Of a stretch of 64,000 nucleotides of DNA, positions 1 to 8,526 are shown piece after piece. Every line of letters begins with the position of its first letter. The first letter of the stretch is position 1. The position numbers and the translations under genes are program-made. A model generated the notes under the pieces. That model was not told the origin of the DNA, did not search any database, and saw only the letters and a program-made list of their open reading frames with translations. The DNA comes from an uncultured Thermoleophilia bacterium (GTDB lineage Bacteria; Actinomycetota; Thermoleophilia; UBA2241): positions 256,001-320,000 of the forward strand of contig CAVQSP010000011.1 of assembly GCA_963715985.1 (NCBI GenBank), written 5' to 3'.

Positions 1-1
1 G

Positions 2-1912
2 GTGATGGCCACCGGCTACTCGCCACGCCTCGGGGACAGCGCCGACTACATCTCCGTCTCGCAGGCCCGCCTGGAGGCGCACCCGGCCACCGGCCGCACG
101 CCCGACGAGGGCGTCTTCGCGGCCGGCGACGCGGTGGCGCGCTCGCAGTCGGTCATCCACGCGGTGGCCAGCGGCAAGCGCACGGCGCTGTGCATCGACG
201 CGTGGCTGCGCGGCGAGGACCTCGAGGAGCTGGAGGCCCGGCTCACGCTCTACTCCAGCCTCCCCTACCTCGAGCAGCTCAAGGCCGAGGACGGGCTCGG
301 CGAGCTCGAACTGCGCCTCGCCGAGCGTGACCCGGTGTGGCTCAAGATGGGCGCGACCGCCGACCCCGGGGCCCGCGCCACCATGCCGCGTGTGGGCCGC
401 GAGAAGCGCCTCACGGCCACCGACATCGAGGTCGAGAAGGGCTACAGCCTCGCGGCCGCGCGGGCCGAGGCCATGCGCTGCCTGCAGTGCGAGTGCCCGA
501 GCCTGGGCACCTGCGAGCTGCAGCGCCTCGGCGTGGACTACGGCATCACCGACAACGACCTCGTCGTGAAGGGCTCGCTGGTGCGCCAGGTCGAGCCCCA
601 GTACGAGCACCCGTTCATCCGCCGCGACATGAGCCGCTGCATCGCCTGCGGGCGCTGCGTGCGCGTGTGCCGCGACGTGGCCGGCCCGGCCTGCTACGAC
701 TTCACCGGGCGCGGCTTCATGATGAACGTGGACACACCCTACGGCGAAGCCCTGCAGCTGGCCGACTGCATCTCCTGCGGTCGCTGCGTCACCACCTGCC
801 CCACGGGGGCGCTCACGTTCAACGAGCGTGAGCTCTCATCGTTCCACGTCGACGAGAGCCGCTGCATCATGTGCCGTGAGTGCGTGGGCGCGTGCCCCGT
901 GGATGCCCTCAAGGAGACCAATCACTTCGAGGACGCCCGCCAGAAGTGGCTCGAGCTCGTCGCGCAGGGCAGCAACCTCGCCGGCGGCCACCGCATGTGC
1001 GCCGGCTGCGGTGCGCCCATCGTTGTGCGCCAGGTGCTCATGGGCACCGACGACCCGGTGGTGGTGAGCGCCGCCACCGGCTGCCTCGAGGTGAGTACGA
1101 CGATCTACCCGTACACCTCGTGGAAGGGCAGCTACATCCACACCGCCTTCGAGAACGCCGCCGCCACGCTCTCCGGCGTCGAGACCGCGTTCCGCGCCCT
1201 CAAGAAGAAGGGCCTCATGAAGGAGAACGTCAAGTTCATCGCCTTCGGCGGCGACGGCGGCACCTATGATATCGGCCTGCAGAGCCTCTCCGGCGCCATG
1301 GAGCGCGGTCACGACATGGTGTACGTCTGCTACGACAACGAGGCCTACATGAACACCGGCTTCCAGCGCTCGGGGGCCACGCCGGAGGGCGCCTGGACCA
1401 CCACCACCCCGGTGGGCAAGGACAGCGCCGGCAAACTGCAGAACCGCAAGAACCTCACCGACATCATGATCGCCCACGGCATCCCCTACGTGGCCCAGGC
1501 CTCGCCGCACGACCCGCGCGACCTGGTACGCAAGGCGGCGAAGGCACTGGCCACACCCGGCCCCGCCTTCCTCAACATCCTCGCGCCGTGCCCGCGCGGC
1601 TGGCGCTCGGACGGAGCTGAGACCATCGAGCTGGCGCGGGAGGCCGTCAACGCCTGCTACTGGCCGTTGTTCGAGGCCGTTGAAGGCGAGCTCCGCCTCA
1701 CCTACCGCCCGCGCCACAAGCTGCCGCTCATCCCCTGGCTCAAGCGCCAGGGCCGATTCGCCCACCTGTTCAAGCCGGGCAACGAGGCGACCCTGCTCCA
1801 CCTCGAGGCCTGGACGGACCGCGAGTGGGAGAAGCTGCTGGTACGGTGCGGCGAGCCCAGCGAGGCAGACTGGCAGGACGAACTCCAGGCCAACGGCTGC
1901 CTGCTGCGCTAG
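2..1912 (+). CDS. 5'-truncated fusion: GltD-like FAD oxidoreductase C-terminus + NuoG/FdhA-like Fe-S domains + 2-oxoacid:ferredoxin oxidoreductase beta (PorB) domain
   Basis: GVFAAGD..AVASGKRTA flavoprotein end; EAMRCLQCEC..C; three CxxCxxCxxxC motifs; PorB motifs GHRMCAGCG, ATGCLEV, GGDGG..YDNEAYMNTG, PCPRGW. The frame is open to the window edge. Confidence 0.88.
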   Translation: MMATGYSPRLGDSADYISVSQARLEAHPATGRTPDEGVFAAGDAVARSQSVIHAVASGKRTALCIDAWLRGEDLEELEARLTLYSSLPYLEQLKAEDGLGELELRLAERDPVWLKMGATADPGARATMPRVGREKRLTATDIEVEKGYSLAAARAEAMRCLQCECPSLGTCELQRLGVDYGITDNDLVVKGSLVRQVEPQYEHPFIRRDMSRCIACGRCVRVCRDVAGPACYDFTGRGFMMNVDTPYGEALQLADCISCGRCVTTCPTGALTFNERELSSFHVDESRCIMCRECVGACPVDALKETNHFEDARQKWLELVAQGSNLAGGHRMCAGCGAPIVVRQVLMGTDDPVVVSAATGCLEVSTTIYPYTSWKGSYIHTAFENAAATLSGVETAFRALKKKGLMKENVKFIAFGGDGGTYDIGLQSLSGAMERGHDMVYVCYDNEAYMNTGFQRSGATPEGAWTTTTPVGKDSAGKLQNRKNLTDIMIAHGIPYVAQASPHDPRDLVRKAAKALATPGPAFLNILAPCPRGWRSDGAETIELAREAVNACYWPLFEAVEGELRLTYRPRHKLPLIPWLKRQGRFAHLFKPGNEATLLHLEAWTDREWEKLLVRCGEPSEADWQDELQANGCLLR

Positions 1913-2030
1913 CGGCCGAAGGCACCACAGCGAGTGGGGCGCCAACGAGCTGGGGAACCGGCTCGGATGTCGCAGAGCAGGCACACCGCTCAGTAGACCG
2001 GCAGACGGCTACCAGCAATCAAGACCTCGA

Positions 2031-2061
2031 AGGGCCGGGGCGCCTCAGGCGCCCCGGCCCT
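2031..2061. terminator. GC-rich perfect hairpin between convergent genes
   Basis: AGGGCCGGGGCGCC-TCA-GGCGCCCCGGCCCT; no U-tract. Confidence 0.6.
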
Positions 2062-2080
2062 CGCCGTGAAGGCCCGCGTG

Positions 2081-2192
2081 TGCGCCGGTCATTGTGCAGT
2101 GCCCCGCGGACGCCCGCACGGTGACTCCGCTGCGCCGGTCATTGTGCAGTGCCCCTGCGGCGCACCGCACGGTGACTCCGCTGCGCCGGTCA
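2081..2192. repeat. Tandem 50/51-bp palindromic (REP-like) repeat, two copies plus a partial third
   Basis: TGCGCCGGTCATTGTGCAGTGCCCC..GCACGGTGACTCCGC at 2081-2130 and 2131-2181; a third start TGCGCCGGTCA overlaps the stop codon of the paaK-like gene. Confidence 0.85.
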
Positions 2193-3488
2193 CTCCCCGC
2201 GGCGGTCGAGCACTCGCCCAGACCCGCCGGCGGTGCGCTCGATGGCGCCGGGCTCGACGAGCGTGACCTGTGCGCGCAGGCCGAGCGTGGCCTGCAGCCT
2301 CTCGGCGACCGCCCTCTGGAACGTGACCATGTCGCCCATGACGTCGGAGAAGACGTGCTCGTCGACCTCTATCTGCATCTCCAGGTCGATGTGGCCCTTG
2401 TTGCGGTCCAGCACGATGACGTAGTGGGGCCGTGCGCCTTCGATGCCGGCCAGGAGCTCCTCGATCTGGCTGGGGAAGAAGCTGACGCCGCGGACGATGA
2501 CCATGTCGTCGGTCCGTTCGCGGACTCTGGCCAACCGGGCGAGGGTACGCCCGCACTCGCACCGCGACGTGTCCAGGGAGGTGAGGTCGTGGGTGCGGAA
2601 GCGCAGCAGAGGAAAGGCCTCCTTCGTCAGCGTCGTGATGACGAGCTCGCCGCGCTCGCCGGGCTGGACCGGCTCTCCGCTCTCGGGGTCGACGATCTCC
2701 ACGAGGAGGTGGTCCTCGTTCACGTGCAGACCGCTGACGGCGGCGCACTCCCCGGCGACCCCGGGGCCCATGGCCTCCGCCAGCACGTAGTTGTCAGTGA
2801 CGCGGATGCCGAACGTGCCCTCGATGAGCGCCCGCATGCCGTCTGAGCACGGCTCGCCGCCGAGGATGCCGTGCCGGAGCTTGAGCGAGCCGACGTCCAC
2901 GCCGAGCTTCTCGCCCTCGTCGGCGAGGTCGAGGGCGTAGGAAGGCGTCGAGACGAGCACCGTCGCACCGAAGTCCCTCATCATCGCCAGGTGCCGCTCG
3001 CTCTGCCCCGCACCGGCGGGGACGACTGTGGCGCCGATACGCTCCATGCCGTAGTGCATGCCCCAGCCGCCGGTAGCCATGCCGTAGGGCAGCGCCATCT
3101 GTACGAGGTCCCCGCGCTGAACGCCGGCCGCGGCGGCCACCCGCGCCGTGAGCTCAGTCCACGTGTTGATGTCGCCGCGGGAGTAGCCGACGACCACGGG
3201 CTTGCCCGCGACGCCCGACGACGAGTGCACGCGCAGGATCTCGTCCAGGGGCAGCGCGAACATGCCGAAGGGAAACGCCTCCCTGAGGGTGCTCTCGTCG
3301 GTGAAGGGCAGGCGCCGCACGTCGTCGAGGCTGTGGATGTCGCGCGGGCGCACGCCGTGCCGTTCGAGCTCTGCGCGGTAGTGCGGCACGCGCTCGAAGG
3401 CCCACGAGACGGTCATCTGGAGGCGGCGCAGCTGCAGCACGTGCAGCGCCGCCCGGTCCATGCACTCGTACTCGGGGTTCCAGATCAT
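2190..3488 (-). CDS. Phenylacetate-CoA ligase (PaaK) family protein with degenerate catalytic motifs
   Basis: Overall PaaK pattern (LQLRRLQ, HSSSG..GKP, GPGVAGEC, GLHVNEDH, GELVITTLTKEAFPLLRFRT, RTDDMVIVRGV); start overlaps the livF stop (ATGA). Confidence 0.85.
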   Translation of the reverse strand: MIWNPEYECMDRAALHVLQLRRLQMTVSWAFERVPHYRAELERHGVRPRDIHSLDDVRRLPFTDESTLREAFPFGMFALPLDEILRVHSSSGVAGKPVVVGYSRGDINTWTELTARVAAAAGVQRGDLVQMALPYGMATGGWGMHYGMERIGATVVPAGAGQSERHLAMMRDFGATVLVSTPSYALDLADEGEKLGVDVGSLKLRHGILGGEPCSDGMRALIEGTFGIRVTDNYVLAEAMGPGVAGECAAVSGLHVNEDHLLVEIVDPESGEPVQPGERGELVITTLTKEAFPLLRFRTHDLTSLDTSRCECGRTLARLARVRERTDDMVIVRGVSFFPSQIEELLAGIEGARPHYVIVLDRNKGHIDLEMQIEVDEHVFSDVMGDMVTFQRAVAERLQATLGLRAQVTLVEPGAIERTAGGSGRVLDRRGE

Positions 3489-4249
3489 CGCTCACCCCCA
3501 TCCTCGCCGCGCCAGGCGCCGAGGTAGATGGTCTTCACCGTCTCGTCGGCGAGCAGGTCGGCCGACGTCCCCTTCAGCACCACGCGCCCGGTCTGCAGCA
3601 CGTACCCGCGGTCCGCGTGCTTGAGCGCGAGCCGGGCGTCCTGCTCCACGAGCAGGAGGGTCACGCCGCGCGCCCGCAACTGGTCGAGCACCTTGAAGAT
3701 CTCGCCGATGACCTTGGGCGCCAGGCCCAGCGAGGGCTCGTCGAGCAGCAGCAGGCGCGGCCGCGACATGAGGGCCCGCCCGACCGCCAGCATCTGCTGC
3801 TCGCCGCCGGAGAGCGTCGCAGAGGGCTGGCCGGAGCGTTCCGCGAGGACCGGGAAGAGCGCGTGCACCGTCTCCAGCCCCTCAGCGACGGCGGCTCTGC
3901 GCTGGCGGCCGGCGCCGTAGGCGCCGAGCTCCAGGTTCTCGCGCACGGTCATCGGGCCGAACAGCAGGCGGCCCTCGGGCACGAGCGCGAGCCCGTCCCG
4001 GACCAGCCGCTCCGGCCGCGCCGCCACGATCGGAGACCCGCCGTAGGCGACGGACCCCGAGCGCACGGCCACGAGGCCGACGATGGCCTTGAGCAGCGTC
4101 GACTTGCCGGCGCCGTTGGCGCCGATGACGGTGACGAGCTCGCCGGCACCGACCGAGACGTCCACGCCGTGCAGCACTTCCGCGCGTCCGTAGCCGGCGC
4201 GGAGCCCGCCGATCTCGAGGAGCGCCGGGTTGCCGGCCGCTGCGCTCAC
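3485..4249 (-). CDS. livF: Liv-type ABC transporter ATPase (LivF-like)
   Basis: GANGAGKST, LSGGEQQM, LLLDEPSLGLAP; GTG start overlaps the upstream stop (GTGA). Confidence 0.92.
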   Translation of the reverse strand: MSAAAGNPALLEIGGLRAGYGRAEVLHGVDVSVGAGELVTVIGANGAGKSTLLKAIVGLVAVRSGSVAYGGSPIVAARPERLVRDGLALVPEGRLLFGPMTVRENLELGAYGAGRQRRAAVAEGLETVHALFPVLAERSGQPSATLSGGEQQMLAVGRALMSRPRLLLLDEPSLGLAPKVIGEIFKVLDQLRARGVTLLLVEQDARLALKHADRGYVLQTGRVVLKGTSADLLADETVKTIYLGAWRGEDGGER

Positions 4250-5019
4250 GCCTCGTCCTCGGCGTCCCCGCCCAGGTACGCGGCGATGACGACTGGGTCC
4301 ATCTGGATCATCCGCGGAGGTCCCTCCGCGATCTTGCGGCCGCGGTCGAGCACCACGATCTCGTCCGAGACGTCCATCACCAGGCCCATGTCGTGCTCGA
4401 CGATGACCACGGTCACGCCGGCGTCGCGCACCCGGAAGAGGGTGTGCACGAGCTCCCGCGTCTCGCCGGAGTTGAGCCCGGCGGCCGGCTCGTCGAGCAG
4501 CAGCAGGCGCGGCCCCGTGGCGAGGGCCCGCGCGATCTCGACGAGGCGCCGGATGCCGGCCGGCAGGTCCGCCGCGGGCGAGTCGACCCACTCCTCGATG
4601 CCGATGAGGCGCAGCAGCCTGCCCGCCTCGTCACGAGCGTCGCGGTCCTCGGCCACGGCTGCGGGCAGCCGCAGCATGGCCGCCGAGAAGCCCTTGCCCT
4701 GGTGCGCCTGGCGGCCGACCATGACGTTCTCCCCGGCGGTCAGCTCGTCGAAGAGCTGGGTGTTCTGGAAGGTGCGCGCCAGACCGGCGCGCACGGTATC
4801 GCGAGGGCGGCGCCCGACCAGCTCCCGGCCCTCGAAGAGCACGGACCCGTTGTCCGGCCTGTCGAACCCGGTGAGCGCGTTGAACAGCGTCGACTTGCCG
4901 GCGCCGTTGGGCCCGATGAGCGCCTTGATCGTGCCCTGGAACACGTCGAAAGAGACGTCGTCCACTGCGGTGAGGCCACCGAAGGACTTGGTGACGTTGC
5001 GCACCTGGAGCAGGCTCAG
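4246..5019 (-). CDS. livG: Liv-type ABC transporter ATPase (LivG-like); probable CTG start
   Basis: FGGLTAV, GPNGAGKST, RTFQ, LDEPAAG, VEHDM, AYLG; first canonical start is the GTG at 5004. Confidence 0.9.
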   Translation of the reverse strand: MSLLQVRNVTKSFGGLTAVDDVSFDVFQGTIKALIGPNGAGKSTLFNALTGFDRPDNGSVLFEGRELVGRRPRDTVRAGLARTFQNTQLFDELTAGENVMVGRQAHQGKGFSAAMLRLPAAVAEDRDARDEAGRLLRLIGIEEWVDSPAADLPAGIRRLVEIARALATGPRLLLLDEPAAGLNSGETRELVHTLFRVRDAGVTVVIVEHDMGLVMDVSDEIVVLDRGRKIAEGPPRMIQMDPVVIAAYLGGDAEDEA

Positions 5020-5999
5020 GAGACCTCGCCTCCCCTCTCCCTTCGCCGCCAGAGGCCGCCCAGACCGCGCGGTGCGAAGATCACGACCAGGATGATGGCG
5101 AGGCCGTAGATGTCCTCGCGGTACTCCTGCAGCGCCTGCGCTGTGGACTGGGGGATGCCGGGGATCAGGGCGTCGAAGTACTGCACGAGCGTCAGCAGTA
5201 CCGCGGCCAGAAGCGGCCCGGCGAGCGAGCCGGTGCCGCCCACCACGGCCATGGCGATGAAGGTCACCGACGCCGTCAGCGTGAACACGCTCGGCGAGAC
5301 GAAGCCCACCACGCCGGCGTAGAGCGCCCCGGCCAGGCCGGCGAGCACGGCGCTGATCACGAACGTCCTCACCTTGACGCCCACCACGTCGACGCCCGAC
5401 GCCTGCGCGCCGAGCTCACTGCCGTGCAGCGCCCGCATGGCACGGCCCGGGCGCAGTGACGTCACGTTGTAGGCGATGAGGAGGGCCACGCCGACGATGC
5501 CCCACACGAGCCAGTAGAGGGCGGAGGCGTTGCGGATCTCGAAGGGCCCAAGTGACGGATAGGGGATCCCGCCGAAGCCGTCCACACCGCCCGTGACCGG
5601 CTCCGCCTCCGCGAAGACGAGCGCCATCAGCTCCCCGAAGCCGAGCGTGGCGACCGCGAGGTAGTAGCCCTTGAGCCGAAGGCTCGGCAGCGCCAGCAGA
5701 AGCCCGCCGAGCGCGGCCACGGCGCCGGCCGCCACGAAGCCCAGCGCCCACGGCCAGTGCAGCCGCACGGTGCAGAAGGCGCACGCGTAGGCGCCGAGCC
5801 CCACGAAGGCGGCGTGGCCGAGCGAGACCTGGCCGGCGTACCCGAACAGGAGCGCCAGCCCCACCACCACCAGAGCGTTGACGCCGGCGAAGGTGAAGAT
5901 CTTGAGCAGAAAGCGGTCGGTGACGACCAGCGGCAGCACCGCCACGACGACGGCGATGACGAGCGGTGCGAGCGCCCTCAGAGTGCGCGCGCCCGTCAC
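5016..5999 (-). CDS. livM: Liv-type ABC permease (LivM-like)
   Basis: GYAGQVSLGHAAFVGLGAY, LRLKGYYLAVATL; multiple TM segments; GTGA overlap with livH. Confidence 0.92.
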   Translation of the reverse strand: MTGARTLRALAPLVIAVVVAVLPLVVTDRFLLKIFTFAGVNALVVVGLALLFGYAGQVSLGHAAFVGLGAYACAFCTVRLHWPWALGFVAAGAVAALGGLLLALPSLRLKGYYLAVATLGFGELMALVFAEAEPVTGGVDGFGGIPYPSLGPFEIRNASALYWLVWGIVGVALLIAYNVTSLRPGRAMRALHGSELGAQASGVDVVGVKVRTFVISAVLAGLAGALYAGVVGFVSPSVFTLTASVTFIAMAVVGGTGSLAGPLLAAVLLTLVQYFDALIPGIPQSTAQALQEYREDIYGLAIILVVIFAPRGLGGLWRRRERGGEVS

Positions 6000-6868
6000 A
6001 GCTTCTCCCGGGCGGAGCCGCCGAGGATGCCCTGCGGGCGCAGGAACAGCACCAGGAGCAGGACGATGAAGGCGACGGCGTCCTGGTAGACGGGGTCGAT
6101 GTAGCCCGCCACCAGCGCCTCCAGCAGGCCGAGCAGCAGGCCGCCGCAGACGGCGCCGACGGGGTCGCCGAGGCCGCCGAGCACCGCCGCCGCGAAGCCC
6201 TTGACGCCCATGCCGGCGCCCACAGTGAACGCCGTCTGCGTGAGCGGCGTGACGAGGAGCCCGGCCATGGCGCCCAGCCCCGCCGCGAGCGCGAACGAGG
6301 CCGTCACCATGAGGGCCGTGTTGACGCCCACGAGGCGCGCCGCGTCGCGACGGATGGCGGTGGCGCGCATCGCCCTGCCGAAGGCCGTCTTGCGGTAGAG
6401 CACGGCGAGGACGGCCACGCTCAGTGCCGTGAAGACCCAGATCCACACCGTCTGCCGCTCGATGGCCGCGCCGAGCACCTTGAGCGAGGCCCCGTGCGTG
6501 AAGGGCTCGAGGGCGCGCTCCTGCGGACCGAACACGTGCAGCGCGAGTTGTCGCAGCAGCACCGCGCCGCCGATGGTCACGATGATGATGCGCAGCGGGT
6601 CCCCGCCTTTGATGGGCCGCACGGCGAGCAGCTCGAAGACGGCGCCGACGGCGGCGGTGGCGGCGACCGCCGCCACCGCCGCCAGAGGCAACGGGAGACC
6701 AAGCGTGGCGAACGCCACCCCTATCATGCCCCCGAGCATGAAGAACTCGCCCTGCGCGAAGTTGATGGCGCCGGTCGCCGCGAAGACGATGGTGAACCCG
6801 AGCGCTATCAGCGCGTAGATGGAGCCGTTCTTGAGACCCGCGACGAGGAACTGGAGCAGCTCGTCCAT
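5996..6868 (-). CDS. livH: Liv-type ABC permease (LivH-like)
   Basis: GSIYALIALGFTIVF..INFAQGE, KGFAAAVLGGLG, RPQGILG. Confidence 0.92.
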   Translation of the reverse strand: MDELLQFLVAGLKNGSIYALIALGFTIVFAATGAINFAQGEFFMLGGMIGVAFATLGLPLPLAAVAAVAATAAVGAVFELLAVRPIKGGDPLRIIIVTIGGAVLLRQLALHVFGPQERALEPFTHGASLKVLGAAIERQTVWIWVFTALSVAVLAVLYRKTAFGRAMRATAIRRDAARLVGVNTALMVTASFALAAGLGAMAGLLVTPLTQTAFTVGAGMGVKGFAAAVLGGLGDPVGAVCGGLLLGLLEALVAGYIDPVYQDAVAFIVLLLVLFLRPQGILGGSAREKL

Positions 6869-6895
6869 GACCGGTCGCTGGTCAGGAGCTCCAGA

Positions 6896-8095
6896 TCACT
6901 GAGCCTGCTTCCAGTCTCCGTTCACGATCTCGTACATGGTCAGGTCGTCCGAGGTGAGGCCGTTGTGGTCCTCCGCGGAGAAGGTGAAGGTGCCGCCGGT
7001 GCCCACGAACCCGGAGGTCTTCTCGATCTCGTCGCGGAGCGCCGCGGGGGTCAGGTCCCCCTGGACACGCTTGGCGGCATCGACGGTGAGGTGCAAGGCG
7101 TCGTAGGCATATCCAGCGAACGTGCTGGGGGCCTCGCCGTACGCCTGCTGGTAGCGATCGATGAAGTCGGTGGCCACCGTGTAGGCTTCCGTGTCCTCGC
7201 CGTAGGCCTCGGGGAGCAGGATCTTGCCGGCCGCCAGCTTGATGCCCTCGGCGGCGTCGCCGGCGCCCTCGATGAACTCCCTGCGGGCGATGCCGTGGCT
7301 GGCGTAGATGGGCAGCTCGATGCCCAGGTCCTTGGCGTTCTTGGCGATGGTCGCGGCCTCAGCACCGGCGGTCCACATCACGATGGCCTGGGCATCGGAG
7401 TTCTTGATCTTCGTGAGCTGGGCGGTCATGTCCGTGTCGCCGGGGTTGAACGTCTCGTCGTCGACGATGGTCACACCGTACTCGGGCGCGTCGGCGGTGA
7501 TGACCGCCTGTCCGTCCTTGCCGAACCCGCCGCTGTCGCTGATCAGGCCGATCTTGGTGATGCCCTGGCTCTTCAGGTAGTCGAGGATGAAGGGCACGAC
7601 GATGGTGTTCGACCATGGCGTCGCGAAGACGAGCGGATCCACGGGGTCGGTGATCGCGGTGGCCCCCGCCATGGAGACCTGCGGGATGGCGGCACGCTGG
7701 ACGTCGCCGCGGACGGCCATCGTCTGCCCCGACCCGGTGGCGCCCAGGATGGCCACCACGCCGTCCTGTTCGATGAGCTTGGCGGCCGCGGCCACCGCCT
7801 TGGCCTCGTCCGTCGCGTCGTCCTCCACGATGACTTCGATCGGCCGGCCGTTCACACCGCCGGCCTCGTTGATCTTCGCGACCTCGAGGTCGATCACGTT
7901 CTTCTCGCCCTCGCCGAGCCCGGCGTAGGTGCCGGTCAGCGAGAGGATGGCGCCGATCTTGATCGGCTCCTGGGAGCTCCCCGAGCCGCTGCTTCCGCTG
8001 TCGCTCCCGCCGCACCCGGCGATCATGATCGCCATCGACGCTGCCAGCGCGGCGATGAGGAACGCCGCCGAGAGCCTCAACCTACGTCCACGCAT
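6896..8095 (-). CDS. Liv-type ABC substrate-binding lipoprotein
   Basis: Lipobox IAGC; IKIGAILSLTG, INEAGGVNGRPI; ATG 8095 follows a GGGGG RBS. Confidence 0.9.
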   Translation of the reverse strand: MRGRRLRLSAAFLIAALAASMAIMIAGCGGSDSGSSGSGSSQEPIKIGAILSLTGTYAGLGEGEKNVIDLEVAKINEAGGVNGRPIEVIVEDDATDEAKAVAAAAKLIEQDGVVAILGATGSGQTMAVRGDVQRAAIPQVSMAGATAITDPVDPLVFATPWSNTIVVPFILDYLKSQGITKIGLISDSGGFGKDGQAVITADAPEYGVTIVDDETFNPGDTDMTAQLTKIKNSDAQAIVMWTAGAEAATIAKNAKDLGIELPIYASHGIARREFIEGAGDAAEGIKLAAGKILLPEAYGEDTEAYTVATDFIDRYQQAYGEAPSTFAGYAYDALHLTVDAAKRVQGDLTPAALRDEIEKTSGFVGTGGTFTFSAEDHNGLTSDDLTMYEIVNGDWKQAQ

Positions 8096-8416
8096 GTCAT
8101 CCCCCGTTACGGTATGAGCGCCCGCCGGCGGGCATGCCGACGGCCTTGTCACCCGCGTACCTGCGGGCAGTCTGAGCCGGCCAAGGCCCGGTGATGACCG
8201 GCGGCTCGCCGTCACACGACGTGACGGAGCCGTACCGCGGCACCTGCGGCAACGCAGAGTACCAGCATGTCCCGCCGCGCCCGAACGACCCGCCGCGGGC
8301 GAGCGCCCACCGGTGGGACGCCACGCTCCGAGTCCGGCGGCGGCGGGACGAGCCCCTCGCGACCGCCATGGAACGTCGACCTGCTCATCCCCGGGCCGCT
8401 GCCCGAGGTGCTGCGC

Positions 8417-8447
8417 ATGATAGACGCTGGGGGTGCCCCTTCGTCAA
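8417..8447 (-). promoter_or_regulatory. Putative sigma70-type promoter with 19-bp spacer upstream of the liv operon
   Basis: Minus strand TTGACG-N19-TATCAT; the spacer region contains an imperfect dyad. Confidence 0.4.
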
Positions 8448-8526
8448 GGGGCGGACGGGCGGAGGAGCTTCTGCGGGCACCGGCCGGCACGGGGTGCGCG
8501 AGCACCTCCCGGGCCGGCTGGTGGGC

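Noticed and set aside
2081-2192. CRISPR array
   Set aside because: Only two units, no unique spacers and no cas genes.
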